A stretch of DNA of 64,000 nt from the human T2T-CHM13v2.0 reference genome, Homo sapiens. Location of the stretch: assembly GCF_009914755.1 (NCBI RefSeq), contig NC_060931.1; one strand, given 5' to 3'. The translations under genes and the position numbers were made by a program. The notes under the pieces were generated by a model, which was given only the letters and a program-made list of their open reading frames with translations, made no database searches and was not told where the DNA came from. Position 1 is the stretch's first letter. Each line of letters starts with the position of its first letter. Positions 28,746 through 42,424 of this stretch are shown here, in pieces.

Positions 28746-30850
28746 GGACATCTGTTGTTATAGTACCTATATAAAAGAACTATACAACATGTTGATTACA
28801 CAAGATACGTGCATTGTACTAACAGCATGCTACACCTGTGATTTTTGGCTTCGGTTCTATGATACTCATCAATATCTAAGCTCATGACAATGACGGGGGA
28901 AGTGGGGTAGTAGAAAAACCCTATACCCACTTTAAAAACTTTAAACTGTAGCTCTGTTCTTTGTTGTACAAAATGACATGTTACAAAGATACAAAGACAT
29001 ATAATACAGCACAGCGCTCCTTAGCAAGAAGACGATTCCCCATTGTATGCCAACATTGGTTGGAAAGCATGGTGTGATACACGTTTACTCTTCATCTGAG
29101 ACGTTTCCACATTGTATTAGGGCACTGTGGACTATTTCGGTTAATCAGTGTTTCAAATGTAATCTGGGGTTTAGTGCCAGGTGGCATGCCTGAGACATAA
29201 AGATTTTATGGATAACAGATGTAGAGAAATGTAGAGCTTTCTCAGATTGACCGTAGACATATTTTCTTAAGAGATACATACATAGAGTAGTTATTCTGTT
29301 AACCAATGTTTAAGATCATAAAATTGTTACATAAATATAGGCCTTCCAAATTTTGATTGAATTCTTGTGAACTAAATGCAAACTGTTTACATTAGGGCTT
29401 AAAATAACGGTAAAATAATCATCTGTTCAGTTTCTTTTATATTGCCTAGTATGAGCAGACATAACAAAATGATATTAAAGCATCCAAATTTTACACGATC
29501 TAGTGGACATACACAAATTAAAGCTCACATGCTGTGCATTCTTTTTTTAAACCACCATTTCCCTTTTCATTTTATAAAAATTTATTTATAAAAAAGTGCA
29601 TTTAAAAAGAATTGTATAAATGGAAAAATGGATTGGAAGTGAAAATATTTGAAGTTACTTTACTTTAGAGTGAGGACGATTTGTTGTGACAAGAAATATA
29701 AAACAATTTTTTTATTTCTTTTTTAACAAATAGGGATACTGAAAATACAATTTTTGCAACAGTTTCCATTAAAATAATATGTTGCAATACTTTAGTTGAA
29801 TTGTATAGTTTTCTTAAAATATTTGAGTAAAAATAAGCAATAGTGAAATTGGATGTGTCCAAAATAAGACATTATTTTAAAATTGTGTAGACTGGTGACA
29901 GCCTATTAAAGTAAGCAAATTCCTTATGTGGCATGAGGGAAATCATTTTATGATTTTGATAGTTGTATATTTTGGTGAATAATCTTGTAATGTATCATTA
30001 GGTCTGAAGTTATTTACTGTTATTCTATACCCAACTTACAATTATTTAGTCTCCATAAGCTTAAACTAAAACTTCTTTCAAGGTAGTGGTTAACAGTTGT
30101 TTTCAAAGCAAATGCTAAGTCTGCAAAGGCATTCCTTAATGCTTTTTCTTTCTTTCTTTTCTGGCAGTAAGAACTTGATTTGTGTTCATGTTCTGAATTT
30201 CTTTAGTGTTCCTAGTATGGCTGTTGAAATCTATACTTTATATGATCTCATTGTACTGCCTGCATTTCATTAATGGCCGATTCTGTTTAGGGCTTAGGGA
30301 GTGAAATATTTTTCATATGACACTACGCAAAATGAGTACAGTACACCAGCTGCAAAAACCACAAACCATCTGATTTTGTGGCTTTTGAGGGTGTGAATAG
30401 TTCAATTCTTAAAGTACAGCTTATATCTGTATTATACCATATGGAAGTGGGACTACTGTAGACTTATGACAAATGTCAAAAATATTAAATTCTCATCAGT
30501 AGCCTTATTTCAAATAAAGATGAGTAATATACTTATTAAGAGTTATTTTGTGTTATATTTGACCTAGAATCACATTATACCTTTTTAATATTTGGCTGCA
30601 TAGTTATAGTTTTTATAGTTTTCACAAACAGCAATTTACATTTTATTCACAAAGATAATTGATTACTCATAGATTTATAATAATTTTTTAATGATTTTTA
30701 AACATACTGTATTGTACTCCTATTATGCAATTTTAAGCAATTATGATGTAGACAGTCATATACATGTAAAATTTTTAGTTTAAAATAATTTATCAGGAGT
30801 AATTTTAAATCAACTAATTCACATGTATTTTAATAGAAAATAAATACAAT

Positions 30851-31677
30851 TTTAGAATAATCCTGTTATTTTGTATATAGTCAAAGGAAATGGAATCATC
30901 ATATCAAGGAGATATCTGCACTCTGATGTTTATTGCAGTGCTATTTGCAATAGCCATGATATAGAATCAACCTAAGTATCCAACATTGGATGAATGGATA
31001 AAATAAATGTGGTATATAGACACATTTTTATACATTTAGAATAATCCTATTACTGAGTGTATAGTCAATGGAAATAGAATCATTATGTCAAAGATATCTC
31101 TGCAGTCTGCTGTTTATTGCAGTGTTATTTATGATAGAATACGGAATCAAACTAAGTGTCCAATAATAGATGAGTGGATAAAGAAAACGTGGTATATATA
31201 CACAATGGAATACTATTCAGCCGTAAAATAGTGAAATCCTGTCATTTGCAATTTCATAGATGAACCAGGATAACATCATGTTAGGTGTGAAATAAGCCAG
31301 ACACAGAAAAACAAATACCACATGACCTCATTCATAAGTGGAATCTAAAAAGAGAAAAAAAACCTGGTATCATAGAAGCAGAGACTAGAACAAAGGTTAT
31401 CAGAGACTGGATGGAGAGAGGGGAAGGGAGGGAAGGATAGAGAGTGGTTGGTCAAAAGGGACAAAGCTACAATGAGGAGGAATACATTCTGGTGTTCTAT
31501 TGTACTGTAGGGTGAGTGGAAGAGAGGCTTTTGAAGGTTCTCACCAGGTTATGGGTTCACTCTACCTTGATTGTATCAGTATACAACACAGATATGTATT
31601 GAAATATCAGATTTTAGCCCATAAACGTAGAATTACAAGGTATCAATTAAAAATTAAATAAATAAGCTATAAAATAA
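30851..31677 (+). mobile_element. L1MA-type LINE 3' end, 5'-truncated, with tandem duplication of its 5' part
   Basis: ATGTTTATTGCAG...AATCAACCTAAGT...ACAATGGAATACTATTCAGCC...GAAATAAGCCAGACACAGAAAA and an A-rich tail. TSD AAAATAAAT(A/G)CAAT at 30837-30850 and 31678-31691. Confidence 0.9.
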
Positions 31678-31897
31678 AAAATAAATGCAATGGTTTATAT
31701 ATGCCTTAGGTCCTGATGTAACTGTAATCTTGCTTTACTAACAGCCATTTAAACCAAGTAATATTTTGTAAATATTGTTTATGAAAAACATAATTAACAT
31801 TAAGGTCACTCTGTGACCTATAAACAGTTTATATATAATTGAAATTATACTTTTGTTTTCTGGTGTGTTTCAGGGGCTTCCTTTGAAGGATAAGGTA

Positions 31898-31992
31898 CAT
31901 GTATGTATGTATGTATGTGTATCCATATGTCTATACAATACGCACACATATAGATACATATACATACATATACACACGCATATACGTATATG
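31898..31992. repeat. (TATG)n/(TA)n/(CA)n low-complexity repeat
   Basis: Direct reading. Confidence 0.85.
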
Positions 31993-33939
31993 TTTTGTAT
32001 GAGAGGAAAAGAGTAAGACACATTCTCACTCATTTTTGCATTTTATACTGTCCTTCATACATTAGCACTACCAGTTTATTCCATTGATTGATCAGTAGTT
32101 AATGCTTTCACCCCAGCCACTTTCACACTATGGCAACAGTTTCAACCTTGAAAGTTGGCATTCAGACATATATAAGATTGTATAAAAAGGAAGTCTTAGA
32201 AAATTTCTCCAAATAATAGATATCTATCATTGGAAAATATCTGACAAACTTATAGATGAGTATTTTATACCTCAAGCAAGGTAGTTCACTAAAATATACT
32301 TTGTCAATTGCCATAGTGTTGACTTCAACAACCACCTGTGGTGAAGTTAGTGGCAGAGGTATGTGAGTAATGCTAGGGTTGATTAAATGGCACAGGGTAA
32401 GTAATTTGTTAGAGATTATCTATAAATGCCTATTAAAATAAAAACAAGATTTTCTTGATACGAAATTCCTATTTGGTTAATATAAATGTTGCTATGCATA
32501 TTATTTAAAAATCTTGCCAATTAAGAAAAATAATTTTGGGTGAAACATTCTAATTTTAATGAAACTCTAAATGGTAAAACAATTTTAAAAACTTGTTAAT
32601 AGAAATATAAGTCAACTACAGAACTCAAACATTTCTAGATAATCTGACATATAATATGCCTTTACTATTTTTTAATCTTATTTGTTTGATAATACAGACA
32701 AGATTCTTAATATCATTCTATTAGAGAATTACGTGGTAAATCACAGTTGAAATACAAGAGTTTTATAGCAAGAATTGTTATGGATATTTAATTATCTTTA
32801 GCAACATTGGTAAGTCAAATACATTTAAAAATGATTAATAATAGATTAGATCTTAATAATTAGATCCCAATTACAGAAATGTAACTTTTTTTCTTAATAT
32901 GGATGACATCTAAGCTCACCAAGCTCACCATTCTTTGACCTTTTCTTTTTTATCCTTTACTGTCTTTCCTCTACCTTCATTAATTGATTCATCTTTCTTT
33001 CCTATGCTTCTCTTCTTCAAGGTTTGTTTCCTTTTTCCCCTCTTGTTGTCTACTTTGTTCAAATTCGTCTCCCATAGATTTTTAGTCATATTTCCTCATC
33101 TCATCAAGAATGATGGTATTCTTATGCATTTATATCTTCGTTTTTCCCAATTTTTCTATTTTTTTTAAACTTTCCATTCTGTAGCTCTGTACCAGCTGTT
33201 TCTGGTTCTTCTGGAAAGAACACTCGTCTTATAGAAAGAACACTGTCCAGGATCCAAAAGACATAAGGTTGAGTGTAGTTCTGGCCCAGCTTTCTTATCT
33301 GTAAAACTGTAAGATTAAAAGAGGCCAGACTGAATTTCCTCACAGCTTTAAAATTCTATAAAGTATGCTTAGGTGTTTGGAACTTTGGATGAAATTGTTA
33401 GCTTTGGAAGAGAGAGATGCTTTTGCAAGGGTCAAACTAAGTAACAATACCCTACCCTGCAGCAGCTTCCAGCCCCAAGTCAGATCAGCCATCAGTGCGT
33501 GGGTATCAGCTTATGAGTATTCAACACCTTGCCTCGTTTTTTTCTCAAAGCAAAATGGGCCAAATGGGCTCATGATGGATTCCAGAATCTTGTGGTAATA
33601 TAAGGACATAAATATAGTTCAAAGCTAGACTTTTAAGATTCTATTTTCAAACAATATCTAGAGAATTATTGTTATATGTCATGTAGAATAAGATACTATT
33701 GTAGAGGCAGTTTCAGACATTGTTCCTGTCCCATCAATGCTTGTGACTTTACTATGTTTTTTTTTCTGTATTCCGCAAATCACCTAAAATTAACTGTAGA
33801 CATGAAATGCAACTAAGAACCATTTGAAGCAAATGGTGACTGTATTTTAATAATCATGGCATTTCACTAAAAGTCTTTCTAATAAATAAAAGCCTAGTGT
33901 TTGATAGTGGGAATGTAAAGGTTTAAGTCGTAAAACTCA

Positions 33940-34110
33940 AAGGATAAACCATTACCGATACTATGAGATAGGAATGATTATCATTCCATTTTAGAGATGA
34001 GGAAGATGAGGCTCAGAGGTTGAATAATGAGCCCAAGTTCATAAACCAAGGAATTGGTGAAGGAGGAAAATATCCAGAGCCAGTATTTTAATTCCTATGC
34101 TATCTTCCCA
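33940..34110 (-). mobile_element. MIR SINE
   Basis: ATTATCATTCCATTTTAGAGATGAGGAAGATGAGGCTCAGAGGTT...CCCAAGTTCA. Confidence 0.8.
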
Positions 34111-34286
34111 TTAGATGAAAGAGTAGCTTTTATCATTTATTCGATATTTCTATTTGGCAGTAGATATTTGATTGTATGATATTTAAAATATCCTAAAACT
34201 GTTTCTAAGGTTGTGTTATTTAAAGGACAATAGGATTTCCCTCAAGGTGTATTTTGATTGCTTCATTTACTTCACAAAAAACACAG

Positions 34287-34317
34287 GTGTGTGTGTGTCT
34301 GTGTGTGTGTGTGTGTG
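34287..34317. repeat. (TG)n microsatellite
   Basis: Direct reading. Confidence 0.9.
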
Positions 34318-34753
34318 TTCTGCCTTAGATCTTCACTTATGTATTAGCATGTTTTATAGTCAATTAAATGTGAAAATAGAAGAAATAATAATTTATGGAG
34401 ATGCATACTGGTGTGGATAGGGTTTATTAATTAAGTCAATTAGTGTCTAAAGTCCTAGGTTAATCCAATTTGTTACACTTAGAATGTTTCTAAATCATAA
34501 AATAATTGTATAATTATGAATTACACATTGATTAGGGTGATTTCAAAGAATGACCATAGTTGGACTTTGGGGTGTCTCTTGAGGAAATGCTATGTTACAG
34601 AATTCTGAACTAATACAAAGATAAAATAGCTTTAAAAGTCACTAAAGATCTATGTAGCACTATATAACAAGAAGCAAAGAGTCTGTCAGAAACTAGCCAC
34701 ACATAAATATATCTTGAATGAGTAAAAGAATAAACAGACATCAAAAATGGATG

Positions 34754-35025
34754 TTTTTATTTTTATTTTTATTTTACTTTAAGTTCTGCGATATTTGTGC
34801 AGAACGAGCAGGTTTGTTACACAGGTATACATGTGCCATGGTGGTTTGCTGCACCCATCAACCCATCATCTAGGTTTTAAGTCCCTCATGCATTAGGTAT
34901 TTGTCCTAATGCTTTTCCTCCCCTCCCCCGGTCCCCCAACAGGCTCCGGTGTGTGATGTTCCCCTCCCTGTGTCCATGTGTTCTCATTGTTCATCTCTCA
35001 CTTACGAGTGAGAACACGCAGTGTG
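34754..35025 (-). mobile_element. L1PA (L1PA7/8-like) 3' end, severely 5'-truncated
   Basis: TTTTACTTTAAGTTCTG...GGTATACATGTGCCATGGTGGTTTGCTGCACCCATCAACCC...CATGCATTAGGTATTTGTCCTAATGC, flanked by a short GGATGT duplication. Confidence 0.92.
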
Positions 35026-35433
35026 CGGATGTATTATATTTATGTTTTCCTTAAGTAACTTGTTGCTGATGCTATTTTTAATACTTTTATTGAACTTTTT
35101 TCTTGGTATGAGTCTGTCTTGTCTTTAATGTAACTTGCAGGGTACTGCTAACATCACTTACAATGAAACTAGCATGATCCCTTGATTGATTAATCCCCCT
35201 CACATAAGAGCCTCAGCTGCTGTTTCAGGAGTCCTTCAATAAATATATAGTTGCCTCTAATTTCAGAGACCAGTAGCAACTAAGAAGGCAAAGGTTTTTG
35301 AAGGGATCCACAGAAATCAACTTGGACCCTTCTTGTATTGATAGATACATCTCATCTAAATAGTTGATATTGGTTATTCTGCTACAATTTATTTGTATTC
35401 AAAATATTCATATTTTTATTATATTTCTTTTTA

Positions 35434-35783
35434 CAATTGACCTTCAGTATCCATGGGGGCTTAGTTCAAAGACTCCCTCACATCCCTGCAAATACCAAAA
35501 TCCAGGGATGCTTAAGTCCCTTATATAAAGTGGTGTAGTATTTGCGTATAACCTACACACATACTTTTGTATATATTTCATCATCTCTAGACTACTTAGA
35601 GTGCCTAATACAATGTAAATGCAATGTAAAAGTTGTTACACTGTATTGTTTAGGAAATACTGACAACAAAAATGTCTATACATGGTAAGCACAGACACAA
35701 CCATCTATTTTTTCTCAAATATTTTCTGTCCACGGTTTGTTGAATCCATAAGTGCAGAACCCATGGACATAGAAGGCCAACTG
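35434..35783 (+). mobile_element. MER2-family DNA transposon (TcMar-Tigger)
   Basis: TA|CAATTGACCTTCAGTATCCATGGG ... CCCATGGACATAGAAGGCCAACTG|TA: TIRs with TA duplication. Internal AAGTCCCTTATATAAAGTGGTGTAGTATTTGC. Confidence 0.92.
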
Positions 35784-36613
35784 TATGGTGTTTAATAGCA
35801 AATGGCCCATGTCTGTTGCAATGGGATTTGACCAATACAATAAACTTGTGTATTTTTTAATAAAACAGAGAACTATTAGAATAAAGAACAATTTATACTG
35901 TTATTATTTTCAAGATACATATAGAATGCTACTGGTAATTTTGTCATTGTTATACCAACTGAAGACTTAGTAACTATGTTGCATATTAAATGTAAATACC
36001 TGACAGTAATGTATTAAAAAAGGAGGAAGCATTCTGTATCTCTATTATATAATATTCTTTGAATGTGCTATAAAGCACATTGGTGCTTTATAATCCAAAG
36101 AAAACTACAACTCAATCCAAATTTAGTTGCTTTTGCTTTATTTTCTTGAATTGTATCAAATATATCTTTACAATAAGTATACTTTAAGTTTTATCAAATA
36201 TATTTTCTTCTCTGTCCTCATAAAAAGTATGATAAAGTAATAGTTTTCTATAGTGTCACAATATAAAATGTTAAATCTGTGCTCATTAAAACAGAAATTA
36301 TATTCTATGGTATATTATCTTACAATATGTAGTAAATGTTAATGGCACAATGGAAGAAATTTGTAGGAGTGTTTTAAATATCTTTTCCTTCATTATTATG
36401 GAGATGCTTGAAATTAATGTCATAATCGGATATGTCAAATAGCAACATGATAAAAAAAGCCCATGTCTTTGAAAAAATGATTAAGTTATTTCAGTATAGT
36501 ACTATATTATTCTAATATCAGATGTAGAAAGATGTGGTATAGTATGCACTAATTATATGTCAGATGTTAGTTCCATGTCTGAATCGGATGAAATTTTCAG
36601 AAAACTGAGTTAG

Positions 36614-36998
<385 letters not shown>

Positions 36999-37080
36999 TC
37001 ACTTAAGCTTTGTTGTGGAAATCTACCCAGTGATTAATCCAGAGGCAGCATCAATAACATAGACCAACAGTATAAATTCC

Positions 37081-37458
37081 TGTATAAATATACTAGGACT
37101 GCTGTAACAGTCTGACAATTCTGAACAGGCTCTTACAGAACTCCTAGAAAACTAACAGACTAAGTAGCTTAACAACACAATTTTAATTTTTTTCACAGTT
37201 CTGGAGGCTAGAAGCCCTTGATTAAAGTGTTGGCAGGGTTGGCTCCCTCAGACTTTTCTCCTTAGCTTGTAGTGTGTTTTCACATAATCTTTCCTATATA
37301 CCTGTCTGTATCTAAAGGGCCCACACTAATGACCTCATTTTAACTTAATTGACCCTATAAACATCCTGTCCCTAAATACAGTCACATTCTGAGGTACTGA
37401 GGGTTAGGACTTCAACTATAATTTTTCTTGAGGGGTGGGTGCAATTTAGCATATAATA
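37081..37458 (-). mobile_element. MLT1 (B/C-like) LTR, ERVL-MaLR
   Basis: CACAGTTCTGGAGGCTAGAAG...ATGACCTCATTTTAACTTAATT...CAGTCACATTCTGAGGTACTGAGGGTTAGGACTTCAAC. Confidence 0.85.
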
Positions 37459-38541
37459 ATGGCTCTTAGAATAATTCTAATAGTTTAAAATTTATATTTA
37501 CAGTGTTCTTCACAATATACAGTTTTCTAACTGGAAGTCACAAAGTCTAATTTGACGGACCAGGAAATAATACTCCTGAATTCTTCAACCCACTAGATAA
37601 TGGGCAAGAAGAGGATTTCTTACCCTGTCTGTAATGAGATTGGGCTTTGGAGAAGTAACTAATTCCTATCAAATGGGATAGGTTTTCTTCATAGACTCCA
37701 CATCAACCTCTCACCACTGTCCATAAGACAATCCTTTAGCCCCACAAAAAAACTGCAAACTTTTTCCTATCATGGCATGACAGATATCTTATATCAGTGT
37801 TTTCATTGCCCATACAAGTCCATTTTGTCAAGATTGCTATCTGAAGTTTTATTGTTTTATTCATGTGTAGATGATCTTCTCCAGGGCTCCCTTTTTTTCC
37901 ACAAACTTTTCCTCCGATAGCCCCCTCTTCTGTTGTCATTTGTTAATCTGTATAGGAGCCTCTTTTTTTTTTTTTTTTTTTTTTTTTCACAGCTCTATCT
38001 ATCACAGAGATTGGAGGCAAGCTGAGTGTCATCCTAGGTCCCTAGGCCAGCATCGAATGAAGGATAATATTCATGCACTTCCAAGCACAATTCTGAACCC
38101 AGTAGTGACAGTGCCAACCCCTTTTCCATTATGAAAGCAGATTGGGATTTACATGAGAATTGTATCATTGTGAAATGAAACAACATTCAATCCACTTCAT
38201 TTCTTTTAAAAATCATCCATAAACTTTGACACTTTCTCTAATAGCACTTTACTTCCTATGGGCCTCATAAGTATCATAATACTTCTGACACTTCCTTCTA
38301 AAGAGGTAAATCACTCCTTCTTAGAGCATTTAACTGGATGTCTTTCTACTCCTCCTCTCTACTGTCATCTACTGATCTGTAGGCCACTTTGTATGTTCAA
38401 TTACGATACTGGTGCATAGCTCATAGTCTTCTGCCCCAATCTACATCTCACCATCACACCTGGTGGTTTTTGAGTTCCTGTGTATAACCCATCTCATACA
38501 ATAAGGAGATCATCTCTGCATTCTATATCAACTTTGACTCC

Positions 38542-39091
38542 TATGATGGTTAATCTTATGTGTCATCTTGACTGGGCCGAGGGATGACCAAAGACCTAGT
38601 AAAACATTATTTTGAGGTGTGTCTGCAAGGGTGTTTCTGGAGAAGGTTAGCTTTTGAATTAGTAAACTCAGTAAAGAAGATCTATACTCACCAATCATGT
38701 TGGGCATCAGCCAGTTCTTTGATTGCCGGAATAAAATAAAAGGCAGAGAATAGGGGAATATGATTCCTGTTTGAGACATCTATCTTCTCCTTCCCCGGGA
38801 TATTGATACTTCTGGTTCTTGGGCCTTTGTACTCATACTGAGAATTACACCATCAGATCCCTTCTGGGTTAGCAGGCATTTGGACTCAGACTGAATTATG
38901 CCACTAACTTTCCTGGTTCTTCAGCTTGCAGATGGCAGATTGTGGGACTTCTCGGCCTCCATAATTGTGTGATCCAATTCCTATAATAAGCCTGTCACAC
39001 ATACTCATATATATGTATATATAAAACCTTCATATCTATATCTATATCTGTCCTATTGGTTTGGTTTCTCTGGAGAGCCCTGAATAATACA
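38542..39091 (+). mobile_element. MLT2 solo LTR (ERVL)
   Basis: TATGATGGTTAATCTTATGTGTCATCTTGACTGGGCC...TCCTATTGGTTTGGTTTCTCTGGAGAGCCCTGAATAATACA. 5-bp TSD ACTCC at 38537-38541 and 39092-39096. Confidence 0.92.
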
Positions 39092-41994
39092 ACTCCCTTT
39101 CTCATTCATTTTTCTGCTGTACCTGGTTGGCAAAATGCCAACAGTGATGAATGAAGAGGTACTTTCTCTCCTCCCTTCACCCAGACTGTCAAGGGGAACA
39201 GATAAGCTTAAATCCCTTCCATCTTAAAAATGAAGGTCTCTCTGGATCCTGAAAATGTCATCTCAATTCTACCTTATTCCCTTCAAGTCCAAGTCTCTAG
39301 ATAACATGTTTCTTCTCCCTCCCCCTATATTATATAAGCTTGTTAAAGGAATTAATGGTCTCTATGAACACACCTGCTCAGTTGTTTTTAATCTGTTAAA
39401 AGTTTTGAAATCACATATATGTGAAAAAAGGTTCAAGTGACATTTCTGATAGTTTTTAAAATATGAGATATTTTGAAAAGGTATATATTTTGGACAGAGT
39501 ATGTATAATAACCACTTTGATGTACACATTTATTGACAATTATTTTCATATTTGTAAATAAACGAGCATTGCTATTGCTTTTTCTGTCACTGTTTTCAAT
39601 ACTGAATTCTCTTTGAAGACATGTCATCCATTTATAATTATTTTACAATATATGACATATCTATAACTAATATTCTAACTTTTGTTCTGTGGTGATAGAG
39701 TATTACAATAGGTAAAACAAAAACAAACATATCTTTTGTCATGGTCATCAGATGCAGCCCTTCTCACCTTCTAGTATTTAGGGAAATAAAAATAATGGGC
39801 ACTCTTTTGGGAACATGTCAAGCCACTAGGAACCGAGCATCTAGCTTGACCTCTGTGGGCCTCTCTGCGGTGTCAGAAAGTACCAGGTGAATTTGGCCTC
39901 CACAGGTGATTCAAATCTGGAATGAGATCAAACTTGGCTCTCACTTTGATTTCCCTGTCCCATGGGGAGACTGGAGCTACTTTGGGCTTTTTGGCTTAGA
40001 GTGTGTTCTATAAAGGTACCAGAATATGCAGTAACCATATCTGTGGTGTTTACTTTTGTTCTAGAGAAATAGAAATAAAGAATTCACTTAAAAATAATGC
40101 ACTTAGGTCAGAAATCAAGTGTAATAGTTTCTCTGAAGACTTTTCCTGTTTTCTATGGCTCAGATGAAATTTTTTTTCAGACTGTCCGGAAGGCTGCATT
40201 TTGGATCTGTATTTTAGTAAACTGAAACATGTTACAGAGCTGCTTCTTATCTGTAGCAAGTCATTTATGTAGTTTAAAAAAACAACTAACCTTTGAATTT
40301 ATATACCATCTGGGAGTACAAACCTGATTTTGTGTGTCTGTATGGAGCAAATAATGGCTAATATGATGGCCGGGGCTAGTTGATGAATGGGGGTGACTGG
40401 CATTGCTTCCTGTGCCCATGGAAAAGGTACATCTTTACCCATTAGAAAAACGCTTTCATACGTGGTTCTCCTAGCGTCCTAGGCTCCCTACTTTGTTATT
40501 TTGGCCATTAGCTTTTCAGCATGGATAATTATTTTGTTTACATTTTTGGAATTCAGATGCCTGGATTTAAAAGTGATACTTACCTCTGTTCAACTACTTC
40601 TACCTTCATTTTATGAATTTCTAACTTTTAAAAAATCATTTTAATTAGTTGCTGTTATTGTAGTTATCATTATCTTCATCGCTATTATTACCCAAGTGCC
40701 TCCTTTGAATTCCACAGGACTAAATGGCTTTCCCCCGTAGAAAGGCCCAAATTATAAAAACTAGCCTTGTTGTTCTGTCATAGTAATAAATAAATAAGTT
40801 GGTAAGTAAGTAAATAAATAAAATGTATCTTCTATTACTTGGAGTAGTTTCCAGTTTTTGTTAAGCAAACTGATTTTAGTCTTACCATATACTTCGCATA
40901 TTGTTAATTTTGTGTGCTACACAGGTTAGTCTAGTGACTAATCTGGGAAATGATTTCATGAAATGACTAATCATCTTGTTATAAACTACATAATATAAAG
41001 ACCATTCTGTTAATTCAGGGTCAAGCCAGATGGTAAGGCAGGAAAGCGGTCTCTCCGTGGCTAAAACTAAAAAGGTAAAATTGAGAAATTAAATGAGGAT
41101 TCCAGGAAATAGCACCTCACAGAAATATTTCCAGGAAGTAACACCTACTCACTTAGAGGGTAAGGAATGATTATGGGTTGCTATTAATGTAAACATCATC
41201 TGTGTAAGAATGGGCAAGGTCAAAAGCTTGGGTTCAAAATCAAGGAAAGATTTGTGAATACCACATGTTCTTGAAGATTTCTTAAATGGTATTAGAGAGA
41301 GTAGTAGAGGAACATTTTTATCAATTAAACTACTACAACAGAGGCATCCTTCTAATATTAGTCAAGGCTAAGGAATGATAATTATTATTCAAAACAAAGA
41401 CAGGACATTCCCTGGCTTTTGTAGATGTAGATATTTATTAAATTATATTTCCGGATTGAATGAATGAATACCTATTTAGAAACATAGAGAAATAGGGCTA
41501 TTCCACAGTAGTTATTCAAACATTTTTATACCCTTATGGTCTTTGATATTTATCTGTATTATGTGAAGAGGGGGCAATTTTGGTGACAAAGAGCGTATTT
41601 CAACCATTTGCCAATAGGAGAATGAATCTAAATGAGAAGCCTTGATCACAGCTTTTAGAATTGCTTGGAAGAGATATGGTTATACTCTCCAGAGTATTGC
41701 TCTTTTTTCTCTAACTTGATTAACTCTGTAAGTAAATGCCATCAGAATTTTTCCTGGCCATTTGAAAACCCTGATAAAGGATTCTAAGGATAGACTCTCA
41801 TTTGCTGGGAATTTTTCATAGTAGTACTTATCGTTACATATATTTTGGGTGCTTAACCAGCACAAAGTAACACCATGTCTTGAAAAAATACTGTTAGTAA
41901 GTTAAGTAATTACAGACTGCTGTCACCTAGGATAAACTGGAAAGTTATAGGCAATGCAGTTCAAACGATGAAAAATATTAATGGAGACGTATTG

Positions 41995-42330
41995 ATTCAG
42001 CCATAACTAGAAATCAAGAATTATGCTGGGCTTCAAGGTTCATTTGCTTTATTGGTTCAATGATGTCATTGAGGATCTGTCCACTTTGTTTACCGTATCC
42101 ATTCCCTTCATAATATCAGCCTTGTCCTAAGGCTAATCCTAAGGCTGTCTCCCTTTGGTGGTTGTGAAATGACTGCCTACTACTCAAAGGACCACACGGT
42201 TCTTTGGCCACCTCTTAGGAGAGAAAGCTTTCCCAGAAACTGGAGAGCTTATTTTTGGGAAGCCTTCAGTAAATGCCTTCATCACTCTCAGTGAGCAGAA
42301 CTAGGATGTATGGTATCCTAAGGAATTAGT
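41995..42330 (-). mobile_element. Old MLT1 (K/L-like) LTR fragment
   Basis: ATAACTAGAAATC...GGCTTCAAGG...TCAATGATGTCATTGAGGATCTG...AAATGACTGCC; heavily diverged. Confidence 0.55.
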
Positions 42331-42424
42331 TGTCAAATACTTTAACTCCATAGAGGATCAGTGGATACTTGGATGCCTACTTTGATTTTTTTTTCAACAT
42401 TTATTCCACTGAATATTCTACTGA

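Noticed and set aside
29004-29021. CAGCACAGCGCTCC resembling a REST/RE1 site
   Set aside because: Lacks the central CACGGAC portion of RE1; both half sites are incomplete.
39740-39985. Short matches to LF-SINE-like motifs
   Set aside because: The matches are brief and in inconsistent orientations.
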